Shown here piece by piece: positions 1 to 10,327 of a stretch of DNA of 64,000 bases. Position numbers and translations under genes: made by a program. How positions within the stretch are numbered: the stretch's first letter is position 1; each line of letters begins with the position of its first letter. Source of the stretch: Candidatus Iainarchaeum sp. (GTDB taxonomy: Archaea > B1Sed10-29 > WALL01 > JAGHAM01); contig JAGHAM010000004.1 in NCBI GenBank assembly GCA_021161465.1, positions 3,035-67,034 on the forward strand, written 5' to 3'. The notes beneath the pieces are model-generated. The model was not told where the DNA came from. It worked only from the letters and a program-made list of their open reading frames with translations, and did no database searches.

Positions 1-41
1 TTGCTATGCAATCCGTCAGGTGAAATTCCCGGCTGGCGCAC

Positions 42-968
42 TTATCTCATCGCTTTCTTAGCATTAAGCTTGTTGGGATTGACTAATGTGTATACACTAA
101 TTTCTCTGCGTCCCACTGTGCCCCTGAGCCCCTTCCGTGGTTTTTCCTCAAGCACTCTTTCTCTTTTCAATCCAAAAGAGGAGGGGTTCAGCTTAAATTC
201 AGTAATTAAATCAGTTATCAGAAACCCACCTTTTTTGAGTCCATATACTATGTTAGCTAGAGCTGCTGCACCAAATTCTCTGGCATGTTGCAGATTTTCA
301 GATAGTTTCCTAGCTTGCTCCTCATTGATTGTTAGCCTAATTGGTTCCCCGGCTTGTATCCTCCTTACCTCTTTTGAATACTCCAAGAAATCTTTTTTGC
401 TTTTGAATAAGAAACTCTGATGGAGGTTTATACAAATGGCAAGGTCTGCTTTTTCAAGTGGGGCTGATACAACTATGTCCTGCTTACCTGCTCTTATGGG
501 GCCATTTCTATTCGGTAGTAGCTCTGGTGGAATATCCATCGCATAAACAGATACTGCCTTTACCTTGCCTGCTAGGTTCACCGTTTTCTTGCCTAACTCC
601 TTTTTTTCAATCTCTGGAAAGAAGTTTTTCAAATATTCTTTAGCTTCATCTTCTACAGCTAGTTTGATTTTCTTAGCTCTCAGGGATTTTATGTTCTCCG
701 TTTTGATATCGAAAATGTTTATCCTGTAATTTTTACCCTTTAGCACATTCGCTATTTCTAGATGTTCTGTCGGGTGGAACCCCTCACTTTGGCCTCCAGA
801 ACCAAATATATGCACGATTGGCTCTTTTGGAAGCGGAAGTTTTTTTAGTTCTTTTATTACCTTCCTGTTCCTACCAAAATAAGTGGTTGGAGATGCGAAA
901 GTCTTTCTTCTCACTCTCTCCCGTATACCTTTCTCTATAAGCTCTCCTTCCGGCATTGGAACCAACAA
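42..968 (-). CDS. conserved hypothetical protein (308 aa)
   Basis: Long ORF with a convergent/divergent arrangement relative to its neighbour. No family motif I can name with confidence (GSGGQSEG segment, basic N-terminus). The overlapping + strand ORF 1..420 is judged spurious. Confidence 0.4.
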   Translation of the reverse strand: MLVPMPEGELIEKGIRERVRRKTFASPTTYFGRNRKVIKELKKLPLPKEPIVHIFGSGGQSEGFHPTEHLEIANVLKGKNYRINIFDIKTENIKSLRAKKIKLAVEDEAKEYLKNFFPEIEKKELGKKTVNLAGKVKAVSVYAMDIPPELLPNRNGPIRAGKQDIVVSAPLEKADLAICINLHQSFLFKSKKDFLEYSKEVRRIQAGEPIRLTINEEQARKLSENLQHAREFGAAALANIVYGLKKGGFLITDLITEFKLNPSSFGLKRERVLEEKPRKGLRGTVGRREISVYTLVNPNKLNAKKAMR

Positions 969-1001
969 TCATTAAATACTTGCGTTTCTTAATAAAAGGT
1001 T

Positions 1002-1529
1002 ATGGGAATTTCAAATCTAATTTATGACTCCTGGATGAAGGATGCGCAATACAAGAAATATAGTGGGATATTACCAATGCTCAAGCGCGCTGGTGTGCAG
1101 TTTGGCAAGATGCTTGATGTTGGCATTGGCACTGGTTTATTTGAGGATTACCTTAAAGGTCAAGGCGCCAAATTCGATGCGATAGGCATAGAGCCAGACG
1201 AGAAGATGAAAAGGGAAGCGGAGAAGAAGGGTTACAAAGTTACCGTTGGGACTTCGGAGAGCTTGCCATTTGAGGATTCAACTTTTGATTTTGTGGCTTG
1301 CATCGATGCTCTCCATCTAGCAAAGGATAAAAGGAGAGCCATAACGGAGATGCTCCGTGTGCTGAGGCCGAGAGGGTTTTTGCTTGTGTCGCATTTTTGT
1401 AACACATTCAACGCTGGGGAAGTCACTAAAACTCTCGAGTCGGCTACTGAAGGGCTGAATATCGTTGACAAGAAGATGGTCGGCCAGAATGATGCTGAGC
1501 TTGCCGTTGCATTTCTCATTAGGAAGTGA
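1002..1529 (+). CDS. class I SAM-dependent methyltransferase
   Basis: Motif I 'LDVGIGTGLF' followed by an acidic residue and the 'LRPRGFL' post-II region typical of Methyltransf_11/25. Confidence 0.6.
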   Translation: MGISNLIYDSWMKDAQYKKYSGILPMLKRAGVQFGKMLDVGIGTGLFEDYLKGQGAKFDAIGIEPDEKMKREAEKKGYKVTVGTSESLPFEDSTFDFVACIDALHLAKDKRRAITEMLRVLRPRGFLLVSHFCNTFNAGEVTKTLESATEGLNIVDKKMVGQNDAELAVAFLIRK

Positions 1530-1954
1530 CACCAATGGGAAGGCCAGTACAAAGAAAGAAACAGGTAATTCGTGATGGAGTCATAATTTACGATATTCCA
1601 GAGCTAAATCTAGATGAGGATACCCGGAAGAAAGTTAAAGAAGTCCTTGAATGGCATGGAAATGAGCTTCTGAGAATAACACGAGAAATGCACGATGAGA
1701 TATCTAAAGTTAAGAAAAAGAGTTGGCAGGAGCATATGCGTGTTCAGTCTGAAAAGAGGCTACCAAGAACGAAAGAAGTTGAACTTCACAACAAGCTTGT
1801 GGAGAAACTGAATTCAATTAACCTTGGTGAGGAAAATCTGCGTAGGTTACGGGTTTTTCTAAGGGTTCATACTAACCATGCCATTGGCGAGGTATATACT
1901 ATCTTTAAGAGGGGTTACAAAAAGCCAGAAAGATTTGAAATAAGGATGAAATAA
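1526..1954 (+). CDS. hypothetical basic protein (142 aa)
   Basis: ORF whose start overlaps the stop of the upstream methyltransferase (ATGA-type coupling). Lys/Arg-rich. Confidence 0.4.
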   Translation: MTPMGRPVQRKKQVIRDGVIIYDIPELNLDEDTRKKVKEVLEWHGNELLRITREMHDEISKVKKKSWQEHMRVQSEKRLPRTKEVELHNKLVEKLNSINLGEENLRRLRVFLRVHTNHAIGEVYTIFKRGYKKPERFEIRMK

Positions 1955-1974
1955 CTTCTGGTGCTTAATCCTAC

Positions 1975-3009
1975 TCACCATAGAATCCTGAAACCCTTGG
2001 AGGTTAACACACCAGTGTGCTCCAGCCTTGCTCCCCCAATACCAGGTATAGCGAGACCTGGCTCAATTGTGAAGACCATACCTTTCTCTAGAATGTCTTT
2101 GCTTTCACTGCTTAAGCTTGGGTATTCGTGGATGTCAAGTCCAACACCATGACCAAGTCCATAGGGCCAGTATTTTGCGTATTTCCCGAAGAACTTGTTG
2201 GTTGCTTCGTAGAGTTCTCCTGCAGTCATCCCAGGCTCTACTATGTCGCGACCAAGCGCGTTTGCTTGCTCGACTAGCTCAAGGAGCTCTTTTTTCTTTG
2301 CGTTGGGCTTGAGACAGTAACTACGTGTAAAATCAGAGCAATAACCGTTCCAGCGCGAGCCCGTGTCAACTATAACGGTGTCCGTTGGCTTTATCCTCTT
2401 CTCAGTTGCTCCAGTATGCACCAGCAAGGTGTTCCTTCCTGAGGCGACTATTGGTTCAAATGCCAGCCCCGCGCCCTTGCGATAGTAAAAACTTGTGATG
2501 TCTGCGAAGATATCGCGTTCACGCTTTCCCTCCTGTATGCCATCTTCCGCAATTCTAAATGCTCTTTTGGTTATCGCGGCTGCCTTTCTCACAGCCTTCA
2601 GTTCTGTCTGGGTTTTAATTGCCCTAATCAACGAAAGCTCCTTGCTGACATCAACCAGCTTTGCACCAGGCAGATATTTCCTCAGCCGTTTTCTAACGCG
2701 TTTGAGTGCGTTTACACTAAAATAGTCTCCGTTAAATCCTATCCTCTTTCCCCCGGCTTTGCCCATAAGCTTGTAAGCTGTTTCCCGTTCTTCTCTTTTG
2801 TATTTCCTGACAGATGCTTTCTGGTTGTAGTCCCCTACAACAACAAAAGGAGACGAGTTAAATTGCCAGTAGAAGACTCCGGAAACAATAGCATCCACAC
2901 CAGCGTAATACTGGATGTTCCTATCAGGGTTGTCACCACTGCTTGCAATCAGCAGTGCATCACATTTGCCTTCAAGCTTCTCGCGAGCTTTCTTTAGAGT
3001 GGAGTTCAT
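1975..3009 (-). CDS. Xaa-Pro aminopeptidase / prolidase (peptidase M24)
   Basis: C-terminal pita-bread signature 'HGVGLDIHEYP', plus upstream metal-ligand Asp/His/Glu context typical of M24B. Confidence 0.75.
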   Translation of the reverse strand: MNSTLKKAREKLEGKCDALLIASSGDNPDRNIQYYAGVDAIVSGVFYWQFNSSPFVVVGDYNQKASVRKYKREERETAYKLMGKAGGKRIGFNGDYFSVNALKRVRKRLRKYLPGAKLVDVSKELSLIRAIKTQTELKAVRKAAAITKRAFRIAEDGIQEGKRERDIFADITSFYYRKGAGLAFEPIVASGRNTLLVHTGATEKRIKPTDTVIVDTGSRWNGYCSDFTRSYCLKPNAKKKELLELVEQANALGRDIVEPGMTAGELYEATNKFFGKYAKYWPYGLGHGVGLDIHEYPSLSSESKDILEKGMVFTIEPGLAIPGIGGARLEHTGVLTSKGFRILW

Positions 3010-3021
3010 AGTCTTTTTTTA

Positions 3022-4347
3022 GTGCTGGATGTTATTAGTCTTTTCGTTAGGCATAAGAATAAAATTATGGTTGTCCACAATACAGCCATGGCAGCTATAG
3101 CAAAATTTACCAAAGAGGAGGCACTTGATTACCACAAGAACAATTTTCCTGGGAACGGGAAGATAGAGGTAAGGAGCAAGGTGCCAGTCCAGACTTTCAA
3201 GGATTTGACTTTAGCTTATACGCCTGGTGTTGCAGAGCCGTGCAAGGAGATTCACGCTAACCCAGATTTAGTTCACGACTACACGACAAAGGATAACATG
3301 GTGGCAGTTGTCACTGATGGAACTGCAATACTTGGGCTTGGTGATATTGGTCCAGAGGCTGGTCTTCCTGTTATGGAGGGAAAATCCGTCCTGTTTAAGA
3401 GCCTGGCTGGCGTTGATGCATTCCCTATTTGTCTTTCAACTAAAGACCCCGATAAGATTATCGAAACTGTTGAGTATCTCGCCCCATCGTTTGGTGGGAT
3501 AAACCTGGAAGATATATCAGCTCCGAGATGCTTCTATGTTGAGGAAGAGCTCAAGAAGAGGATGGATATACCTGTATTCCATGACGACCAACATGGCACT
3601 GCCGTGGTTACTCTCTCAGGGCTCTTAAACGCGCTGAAGCTTGTTGGGAAGAAGATTAATGAAATAAAGGTTGTATTTAGTGGGGCTGGAGCCGCGGGAA
3701 TTGCGTGCTCAGAATTCTACATGAGCGCTGGTGTGAAGGACCTGATAATCTGTGACAGCAAGGGCACAATCTATGATGGAAGAGAGGAAGGTATGAATCC
3801 ATATAAGGAGAAGATAGCCAAGGTAACGAACAAGGAGGACGTTAGAGGAAACCTTGCGGATGCTATGAAGGGGGCAGATGTGTTTGTTGGTGTTTCCGCG
3901 CCGGGAATAGTGACCGAAGATATGGTCAGGTCCATGGCTGACGACCCGATTATTTTTGCATGCGCGAATCCCGTTCCTGAAATCATGCCAGAGAAAGCAT
4001 TGAAGGCAGGGGCCAAAGTTGTCGCCACAGGCAGGTCTGACTATCCAAACCAGATAAACAACGTGCTTGGCTTTCCTGGAATCTTCCGTGGGGCCTTAGA
4101 TGTCAGAGCCAGTGACATCAATGAGGAGATGAAGTTTGCTGCAGCCAGGGCTATAGCTTCATTGGTGTCCGAAGACGAGCTGAGGCCAGATTATATAATC
4201 ACCACTCCAATAGATAAGCGAGCAATGCCAGCTGAGGCAGCGGCAGTTGCTGAGGCAGCTATGAGAACCGGTGTGGCACGGCTAAAGGTTGACCCGGAGG
4301 AAGTTGCTGAGAGAACCAGGAAGTGGAGAACCCTGGAGCTGGAATGA
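3022..4347 (+). CDS. NAD(P)-dependent malic enzyme (malate dehydrogenase, decarboxylating)
   Basis: N-terminal 'LAYTPGVAEPC' and Rossmann 'VFSGAGAAGIA' motifs characteristic of small archaeal/bacterial malic enzymes. True start probably an internal Met (about 3067 or 3088), since the gene is divergent from 1975..3009. Confidence 0.75.
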   Translation: MLDVISLFVRHKNKIMVVHNTAMAAIAKFTKEEALDYHKNNFPGNGKIEVRSKVPVQTFKDLTLAYTPGVAEPCKEIHANPDLVHDYTTKDNMVAVVTDGTAILGLGDIGPEAGLPVMEGKSVLFKSLAGVDAFPICLSTKDPDKIIETVEYLAPSFGGINLEDISAPRCFYVEEELKKRMDIPVFHDDQHGTAVVTLSGLLNALKLVGKKINEIKVVFSGAGAAGIACSEFYMSAGVKDLIICDSKGTIYDGREEGMNPYKEKIAKVTNKEDVRGNLADAMKGADVFVGVSAPGIVTEDMVRSMADDPIIFACANPVPEIMPEKALKAGAKVVATGRSDYPNQINNVLGFPGIFRGALDVRASDINEEMKFAAARAIASLVSEDELRPDYIITTPIDKRAMPAEAAAVAEAAMRTGVARLKVDPEEVAERTRKWRTLELE

Positions 4348-5029
4348 GGATGGCTTGAACCCTTAAAGAGCTTGGCAAAAACAGAAGTACTAAATTTATT
4401 CCAAAAATGCTTAACGGAATTGAGCTACAGATAGAGCATTATCTCGATGAATTCCCAGGAGATGAGCCAATAGAGAAACCATGGGAAGCTGTAAAAAAAG
4501 CCTTTATCGATCCAATTTACAAAACAAAGAGTGAAGGAAATAAGAAAGGTATGGAGAGAATATACTAAAGACAGTAATTGGAAAGGGCTAATTAAAAAAT
4601 TAAGTGATTTTTCACTCGAAAAGGGCGTACATAAGAAAACCCCAATTGAGCCTTTTGATAAAACAAAATTAAAATTGGTGGCAATTGACTTCATTTCTTG
4701 AATTCAGGATCCTGTTTCACTCAAACTTTAAAAGGATAAGTTAAATGTAAAATTATGGTCCAATACGAATTCTGTTTGAATTTCAATGGCATAAGGCGTA
4801 TAGAACCAAAAGGTGTCAAATATGGCAGGCCTATCGAAGACTCGTTTGAAGAGATAAATTGTCCTTATTATTTGGAGAAAGGAGTTGCTGGATTAATGGG
4901 AATGAACCTGGACTTTCTCACTCTCGACGGTGAGAAAACCAACAGGACAACAATCTAACGAAAAGATATTTAAACCCCATATACCCAACTAAATATGGCT
5001 CAAGTTAAGTTACAAAAAGGTGAATCAAT

Positions 5030-6610
5030 ATGAAAAAACTTTTGACTCTCTCAATACTAACATTGTTCGCAATTGTTCTTATTGGCTGCGTGGAAGATCA
5101 GGGCCCCGGTCCTGGGTCTACGGGACAGGCGACCTTTGAAGTACTGGTTTCTGATCAGCCTTCAAACATATCTGACTTTGACTTACTTGAAGTAACTCTC
5201 TCGAAAATAAGGGTTTTCAAGTCCGGAGACAACACCGGCTTCGAAGAATTTTCTCCTGCAGTCGAAACATTTGATTTAACTCAGTTGCAGGGAGGCAATG
5301 CTTTAAGTCTTATCAACACAACCCTTCCCCAAGGAAACTACACCAAAATAGAATTTCATGTAACCAACATCACTGGAATCGTTGACAACGAGACCGTGGA
5401 AGTGAAAGTCCCATCAGAGAAACTTATGATAACCCAGGACTTCGAACTAACCGGCAACCAGACAACCTCTTTCGTCTTCGACATGACTGTTATCAAGAAA
5501 GGCACCGGTGACTACAATCTGCTCCCAGTAATCTCGGAGAGCGGCGTGGTCGGAAAGCAGGTTCAGAATGTCAAGAGAGTTAAAGCAACTGAAATGATTC
5601 AGAAGATGCAGGAAAAGAGAGAGAAACACGGACTGGCAAAGCAGAAGGAAAAACCGGAGACCCCAGGTAAAAATGAAACAACTCCCCCTGAAACTCCCAG
5701 GCCGAAAAAAGGTTCTTTCGAACTCCTGATTTCAGATGAGAACAATGCCATCGGAGAATTCGAGACCCTGACTGTCGACCTGAGTAAAGCCAGGGTTTTC
5801 ATGGCGGGAAACGATGATTCAGGAAACCAGACCAACACCAATGGAACCGGAGTTAACGGTAGCCAAAACAACAAGACTGGTGGACAGGGCTTCTCTGAAA
5901 TCGCTCTTGATGTTACAAGTCTTGATCTGACCACTCTCCAGGGCGACAACGCCCTCAGCGTTCTCAACACCACCCTAGAGACAGGAAAGTACACTAAAAT
6001 GGCACTCTATGTGGACAGCGCCTCTGGAACGGTCGACAACGAGACGGTAGATGTTAAAGTACCATCCGGAAAGCTTATGATAACTAAGAACTTCGAGGTA
6101 ATGGAGGGGGAGACAACCTCTTTCGTCTTCGACATAACGGTTATCAAGAAAGGTAACGGAGACTACAACCTCCTTCCAGTAATCTCAAAGAGTGGAGTCC
6201 TTGGAAAAGACGTTATGAGCGTTAATAGGACCAGAATCCGCAATGAGACTGAGGCTGGAAAGCCCAACGAGAAAGGCAACCAAACCCGTAACGAGACCGA
6301 GCAAATGGGCAAGGAAGAACGCTGCACTGAAAGCGGTGGAAATGTTACCACAGCAATGTGCTGCCTCTCATCAGAAGACTTCCCGAACACCTGTGTCATA
6401 GGTGCTTGTGGTTGCTCACCTGAAAACAGCCACGAAGTCGAGTTCTGTGACTGCGGTGAGGAAAAGTGCTTTAACGGTTCAGCGTGTGTGCCAATCGAGA
6501 CGGGCAATCAGACAGAACCCGGAAACGAAACTGTTCCCCCAGGCAACCAAACTGAATCAGGAAACGATACCGAACCGGGCAACCAGACCAATGGTAATCA
6601 GACTGCCTGA
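5030..6610 (+). CDS. secreted lipoprotein with tandem ~200-aa duplicated domain, Cys-rich module and NxT-rich tail
   Basis: Signal peptide plus lipobox-like 'LIGC'. Two internally repeated segments ('...TSFVFDMTVIKKGTGDYNLLPVISESGV' / '...TSFVFDITVIKKGNGDYNLLPVISKSGV'). C-terminal CxxC-rich block, then 'GNQTEPGNETVPPGNQTESGNDTEPGNQT' repeats. Confidence 0.6.
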   Translation: MKKLLTLSILTLFAIVLIGCVEDQGPGPGSTGQATFEVLVSDQPSNISDFDLLEVTLSKIRVFKSGDNTGFEEFSPAVETFDLTQLQGGNALSLINTTLPQGNYTKIEFHVTNITGIVDNETVEVKVPSEKLMITQDFELTGNQTTSFVFDMTVIKKGTGDYNLLPVISESGVVGKQVQNVKRVKATEMIQKMQEKREKHGLAKQKEKPETPGKNETTPPETPRPKKGSFELLISDENNAIGEFETLTVDLSKARVFMAGNDDSGNQTNTNGTGVNGSQNNKTGGQGFSEIALDVTSLDLTTLQGDNALSVLNTTLETGKYTKMALYVDSASGTVDNETVDVKVPSGKLMITKNFEVMEGETTSFVFDITVIKKGNGDYNLLPVISKSGVLGKDVMSVNRTRIRNETEAGKPNEKGNQTRNETEQMGKEERCTESGGNVTTAMCCLSSEDFPNTCVIGACGCSPENSHEVEFCDCGEEKCFNGSACVPIETGNQTEPGNETVPPGNQTESGNDTEPGNQTNGNQTA

Positions 6611-6615
6611 CTAAG

Positions 6616-7110
6616 GTGAGTCCAATACCTGAAGAGTTTTCCAGGGGATATCTTGGTGAGATAACTGTTAAGAAGGGACCCGTAAAAATCCCTTTGTCTG
6701 TTTACAGGAGAGGGTCCCTTCCCAGAGTAATTAAAGGAAAGCCCCCCTTGGAGAAAATACAGGAGCTCCTCCACAAACCCCCTCCATCTGAGGTTCACGC
6801 GGAGCCGAAAACCGCTGATGAGATATCTTCACTCATTCATAACCAACTTGCTATTCACCTGAAAGCACATCGTTTCATAGGTGAGAACTGGATTAAGACG
6901 CCTGTAGGTGAGTCTAAGGAAAAGCTGGCGGAGGAGCTTAACAAAAAGTTTCCAGATGCTGAGTTCGTGCATAAGGGCTACTGCGATGTGGACTTGTCTG
7001 GTAAGATTGTGAAGCTTAGCTTTCATGAGAGGACTAAACCTGAGAAGAAGACTCTCTCTGAACTAATAAGGTCCATCTCAGAGAGTGAATGGGAAATAGT
7101 TAAGGATTAG
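6616..7110 (+). CDS. hypothetical protein (164 aa)
   Basis: ORF with no recognisable motif. Confidence 0.4.
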   Translation: MSPIPEEFSRGYLGEITVKKGPVKIPLSVYRRGSLPRVIKGKPPLEKIQELLHKPPPSEVHAEPKTADEISSLIHNQLAIHLKAHRFIGENWIKTPVGESKEKLAEELNKKFPDAEFVHKGYCDVDLSGKIVKLSFHERTKPEKKTLSELIRSISESEWEIVKD

Positions 7111-7124
7111 CAGCATTTGTTGCT

Positions 7125-8060
7125 TTATACCAATGTCTTTCCTTTATCCATTATCAGCTTGTCATCAAACCAGATAGTTGGTTTATCTATTACAAAATCT
7201 TGATGGATATCAGCATCGATGTTGCCACTAAGGCTCTTTGAGTCGCCAATGGCTACATGGCAGGTGCCAAACACCTTCTCGTCCTCTATCACCTTTCCGC
7301 TTAACCTTGCACCGGGGTTTGTCCCTATTGCGAATTCTGCTAGGTATCTGCCGTTTCTTATACTCCAGAAATAATTCTTGACTTTTGGGTCAGTTATATT
7401 GGTCACGTAATTATTTCTGGCTATGAACTTGGTGCCTTTCATGCATTTGAACGTTGGGAACTGTGTGTTGTATGGCGACCAGTGGCCATTGAGGTTTTTA
7501 GGCACAAAAGCAGTTTCACCAGCTGGCAGGTTTGACAGCGAGCCTTTTTTGCTTATGTCCCCATCATCCAGTAAGAACCTCTTCCCACCAATTTCAGTGG
7601 TAAACTCGGTATTTTTTGCTTTTACTTTCACAACTTTGGTTTTATTCAGTAGACGCGCGAGCTTTTGGTTTTCCTTTTTTATCCAGCTGTAGTCTGCACT
7701 CATTCCACGAACGAACATCTCTTCTGTCATTTCGGGGAGGGTTGCGATTCGCGCTCCTCTCCTCTTAGCGGCTCTCACAGCATTGGTGTGCGTCAATGAG
7801 TACTTGGTTGGGCAGTAAAGAATGTCAGCTTTCCTCATGGTTTCTGCAACAAGTTTTGGTGGCTCAAGGCCATGCTGTCCAGTTGGTTGGATTACAAGCA
7901 TAAGTGCGTTGCAACTCTCACTCGCTGCTTTGAACAGCGCGTTGCCAACGTCTAGGGTTAGCTCGTCAGTTACAACTAATAGGAGTTCCTTCTTTCTGGG
8001 TTTTGATAGCAGAATTGCCTTGCGCGCTGCCTTCATCAGGGAATTAGATACAGATGCCAT
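7125..8060 (-). CDS. aminopeptidase-like protein (M29/AmpS-like)
   Basis: Segments 'AEFAIGTNPGA' and 'GTCHVAIGD...GNIDADIH' resemble thermophilic aminopeptidase (M29) signature regions. Assignment by eye only. Confidence 0.45.
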   Translation of the reverse strand: MASVSNSLMKAARKAILLSKPRKKELLLVVTDELTLDVGNALFKAASESCNALMLVIQPTGQHGLEPPKLVAETMRKADILYCPTKYSLTHTNAVRAAKRRGARIATLPEMTEEMFVRGMSADYSWIKKENQKLARLLNKTKVVKVKAKNTEFTTEIGGKRFLLDDGDISKKGSLSNLPAGETAFVPKNLNGHWSPYNTQFPTFKCMKGTKFIARNNYVTNITDPKVKNYFWSIRNGRYLAEFAIGTNPGARLSGKVIEDEKVFGTCHVAIGDSKSLSGNIDADIHQDFVIDKPTIWFDDKLIMDKGKTLV

Positions 8061-8149
8061 AGTTCTCTTACGAGTTAGTTATATTTATTTCATATGGAAA
8101 CTCTGGAGAACCACCTATTCTTTTATATCTTCCCGTCAAAACACCATGC

Positions 8150-8905
8150 ATGAAAAACTATCTGTTTGTTCTTGTGATAGCTGCTTTCCTAACTATGGGC
8201 TGTGTCAACAATGGAGAGCAGACTAATCCATCTTTAGGAAAGGGATATATAGCAGTTTATAACTTCAGCTCGCGTGTTGACTTGAACATGAATGGCACTT
8301 TTGTCCCATCAGCTTCCAGTGTGCACCCTATGACAGTAAGGCACTCAGGGGATAGGACGAAGGTGAGTATCGGCATAATGGGTTCTAATACGTCTCTGCT
8401 TGATAGTTATATAACCCCAGATGGGAACTTTACGTGCAGGAATTTCCCAATACAACAGTGTGTGAAAGATGAAATCACAGCAAGACCTCCAACGGAGATG
8501 GGCGTATATATGAAAGAACTCAAGGACAAAGGATTTTTAACGGTTTTGGCAACTAACACCCGAAAGGTAAATGGTTTCGATTGCAAGGAAGAGATTTACA
8601 CTGTCAACGATGTACCTGCTTATCTGAATTATATTAATTTCAATAAATCACAGGCGATTCCAATTGATGTTAAAATAGATGAGGTAAAAATGACCTACTG
8701 TGAGAAAGATGGTTTGACTGTTTCATATTCATCAGCATTAAATGCCGTTGTGAACAAGACATCCGCGCGGAGCTATCTCCTTAGCACAGGCACAAATGAG
8801 TCTGCTAATCCCATACCCGATTCCATAGTCTCAAATGTTTCTTATACTCTAATCTCACTTGATAAAGATGTTGAGATAGCTAATATGGAACTAACCCCGC
8901 CGTGA
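8150..8905 (+). CDS. secreted lipoprotein, hypothetical
   Basis: N-terminal hydrophobic signal with 'LTMGC' lipobox. Several NxT/S sequons. Confidence 0.5.
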   Translation: MKNYLFVLVIAAFLTMGCVNNGEQTNPSLGKGYIAVYNFSSRVDLNMNGTFVPSASSVHPMTVRHSGDRTKVSIGIMGSNTSLLDSYITPDGNFTCRNFPIQQCVKDEITARPPTEMGVYMKELKDKGFLTVLATNTRKVNGFDCKEEIYTVNDVPAYLNYINFNKSQAIPIDVKIDEVKMTYCEKDGLTVSYSSALNAVVNKTSARSYLLSTGTNESANPIPDSIVSNVSYTLISLDKDVEIANMELTPP

Positions 8906-8921
8906 TAGCCATTACAGAAAA

Positions 8922-9143
8922 CTAGTGTTTGATATCTTTTGGGCTTACTGTTGTGGGTTTCGCGCTCTCAGGGATTATTAGCTCAGAGGCAGGTCCAGAG
9001 GTTGGTTTTTTCTTGCTTGCACAGATGGTGCACAATCCTTCAGCGGTGTAGTGCTCTGCACAGACATGACGCCCGCATTTTGAGCAGGTGTATAAATGCT
9101 TTGCTGGCTTCCCACAGATGTCGCAGGTACCTGCTATTTCCAT
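8922..9143 (-). CDS. small zinc-ribbon protein
   Basis: Four CxxC pairs (CDICGK...CSKCGR...C..H...CTIC) within 45 aa. Confidence 0.5.
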   Translation of the reverse strand: MEIAGTCDICGKPAKHLYTCSKCGRHVCAEHYTAEGLCTICASKKKPTSGPASELIIPESAKPTTVSPKDIKH

Positions 9144-9175
9144 ACTTACCTTTATAAAAGCAAAACAATAAAACT

Positions 9176-10273
9176 TTGTTGGTTTTTATGGTCTCCTGGA
9201 AGCTTTTCAGCATCGCTGGAATCGATATAAAACTGCATTGGACAACTTTGCTTCTCCTTGGATTGTTTCTTGTCCTCAGCGTTAACTCATTCTTGATACT
9301 CCTTCTCTTGTTTATTTCAATAACTTTCCATGAGCTTTCGCATTCGCTGGTTGCAAAAGGCAACGGAGTCAAAATCAGCCAGATAATACTTCTGCCTATC
9401 GGTGGGATGGCCGTGATGAAGAATGCAGTGATAGACCCAAAAGTGGAGTTCAAGATGGCCATAGCGGGGCCTTTGTTCAACTTTGCAGTTTGTGGCTTAA
9501 TCCTAATCGCAGCATATCTGTCCGGCAGCAGCAACCTGATTTACTCCATGGGTTACTGGAACGAGAGGCTGGCAGGCGATATACTACAGGACATTGGACC
9601 GATGATGGTTTCATCATTGTTCTGGCTCAACTTCTTGCTGGGTGCATTCAATCTATTCTTCCCTGCGCTGCCCTTGGATGGAGGCAGGGTGTTGAGGGCA
9701 CTGCTGGCGATGGTTATGGACTATGTCAAGGCAACCAGGATTGCAACAGTTATATCAATGTTCCTTACTATACTGCTATTCTTGGTGTCTTTAGTGAGCA
9801 TGAACCTGATACTGCTCTTGATATCTATTTTCATATTCTTTGGAGCAAGGTCTGAGATGGAGTTTGCTGTATCCCACCGGTTGCTTAGAAAGATTCCAGT
9901 TTCAAACTTAATGAGAAAAAATTTTCTCATGGTTGATGAGAACACGCCTTTGGATGCTCTGGTTGCCGATATGATTGCGTCGAGGTCACTGGTGGCTTTC
10001 TCAAAGGAGGGGAAGAACATAACTGCAGTTTCGATATACAAGATAGGAGAGGTTCCAAAACAAAGATGGGGGCGGATGAAGTTCAAGGACCTGGCTGTGG
10101 TGATAAAACCTGTAAGCCCTGGTACGCAGGTGGTGACGGCTCTGACACGTATGGGTAAAGAGGGTTTTGAGGCTTTGCCTGTGGTTGATAACTATCATGA
10201 AGTAGTTGGCTGCCTTTACAAGAGAGATATTGACACAATTCTGGAACTCCTGAAAGTGACAAAGCTTTCTTAG
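9176..10273 (+). CDS. site-2 protease (peptidase M50) with C-terminal CBS domain pair
   Basis: Transmembrane HExxH 'FHELSHSL', 'ALPLDGGRVL' LDG motif, and a C-terminal CBS pair. Confidence 0.75.
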   Translation: MLVFMVSWKLFSIAGIDIKLHWTTLLLLGLFLVLSVNSFLILLLLFISITFHELSHSLVAKGNGVKISQIILLPIGGMAVMKNAVIDPKVEFKMAIAGPLFNFAVCGLILIAAYLSGSSNLIYSMGYWNERLAGDILQDIGPMMVSSLFWLNFLLGAFNLFFPALPLDGGRVLRALLAMVMDYVKATRIATVISMFLTILLFLVSLVSMNLILLLISIFIFFGARSEMEFAVSHRLLRKIPVSNLMRKNFLMVDENTPLDALVADMIASRSLVAFSKEGKNITAVSIYKIGEVPKQRWGRMKFKDLAVVIKPVSPGTQVVTALTRMGKEGFEALPVVDNYHEVVGCLYKRDIDTILELLKVTKLS

Positions 10274-10327
10274 GCTTCTGCACGACAGACAGTTTTTTTA
10301 ATCCTGATTCTCACTAATAACTGGCAA

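Noticed and set aside
1-420. 139-aa + strand ORF at the window start
   Set aside because: It overlaps the better-supported 308-aa minus-strand gene 42..968, has a low-complexity translation, and has no start context.
4348-5029. ~680-bp low-coding-density AT-rich stretch with two small ORFs (4425..4694 -, 4755..4958 +)
   Set aside because: Neither ORF has recognisable features, and no repeats or RNA structure are evident. It is most likely the promoter/leader region for the 5030 lipoprotein gene.
9040-9534. 164-aa minus-strand ORF
   Set aside because: It overlaps the well-supported M50 protease gene on the opposite strand and shares a frame-shadow with the zinc-ribbon gene. It is likely spurious.
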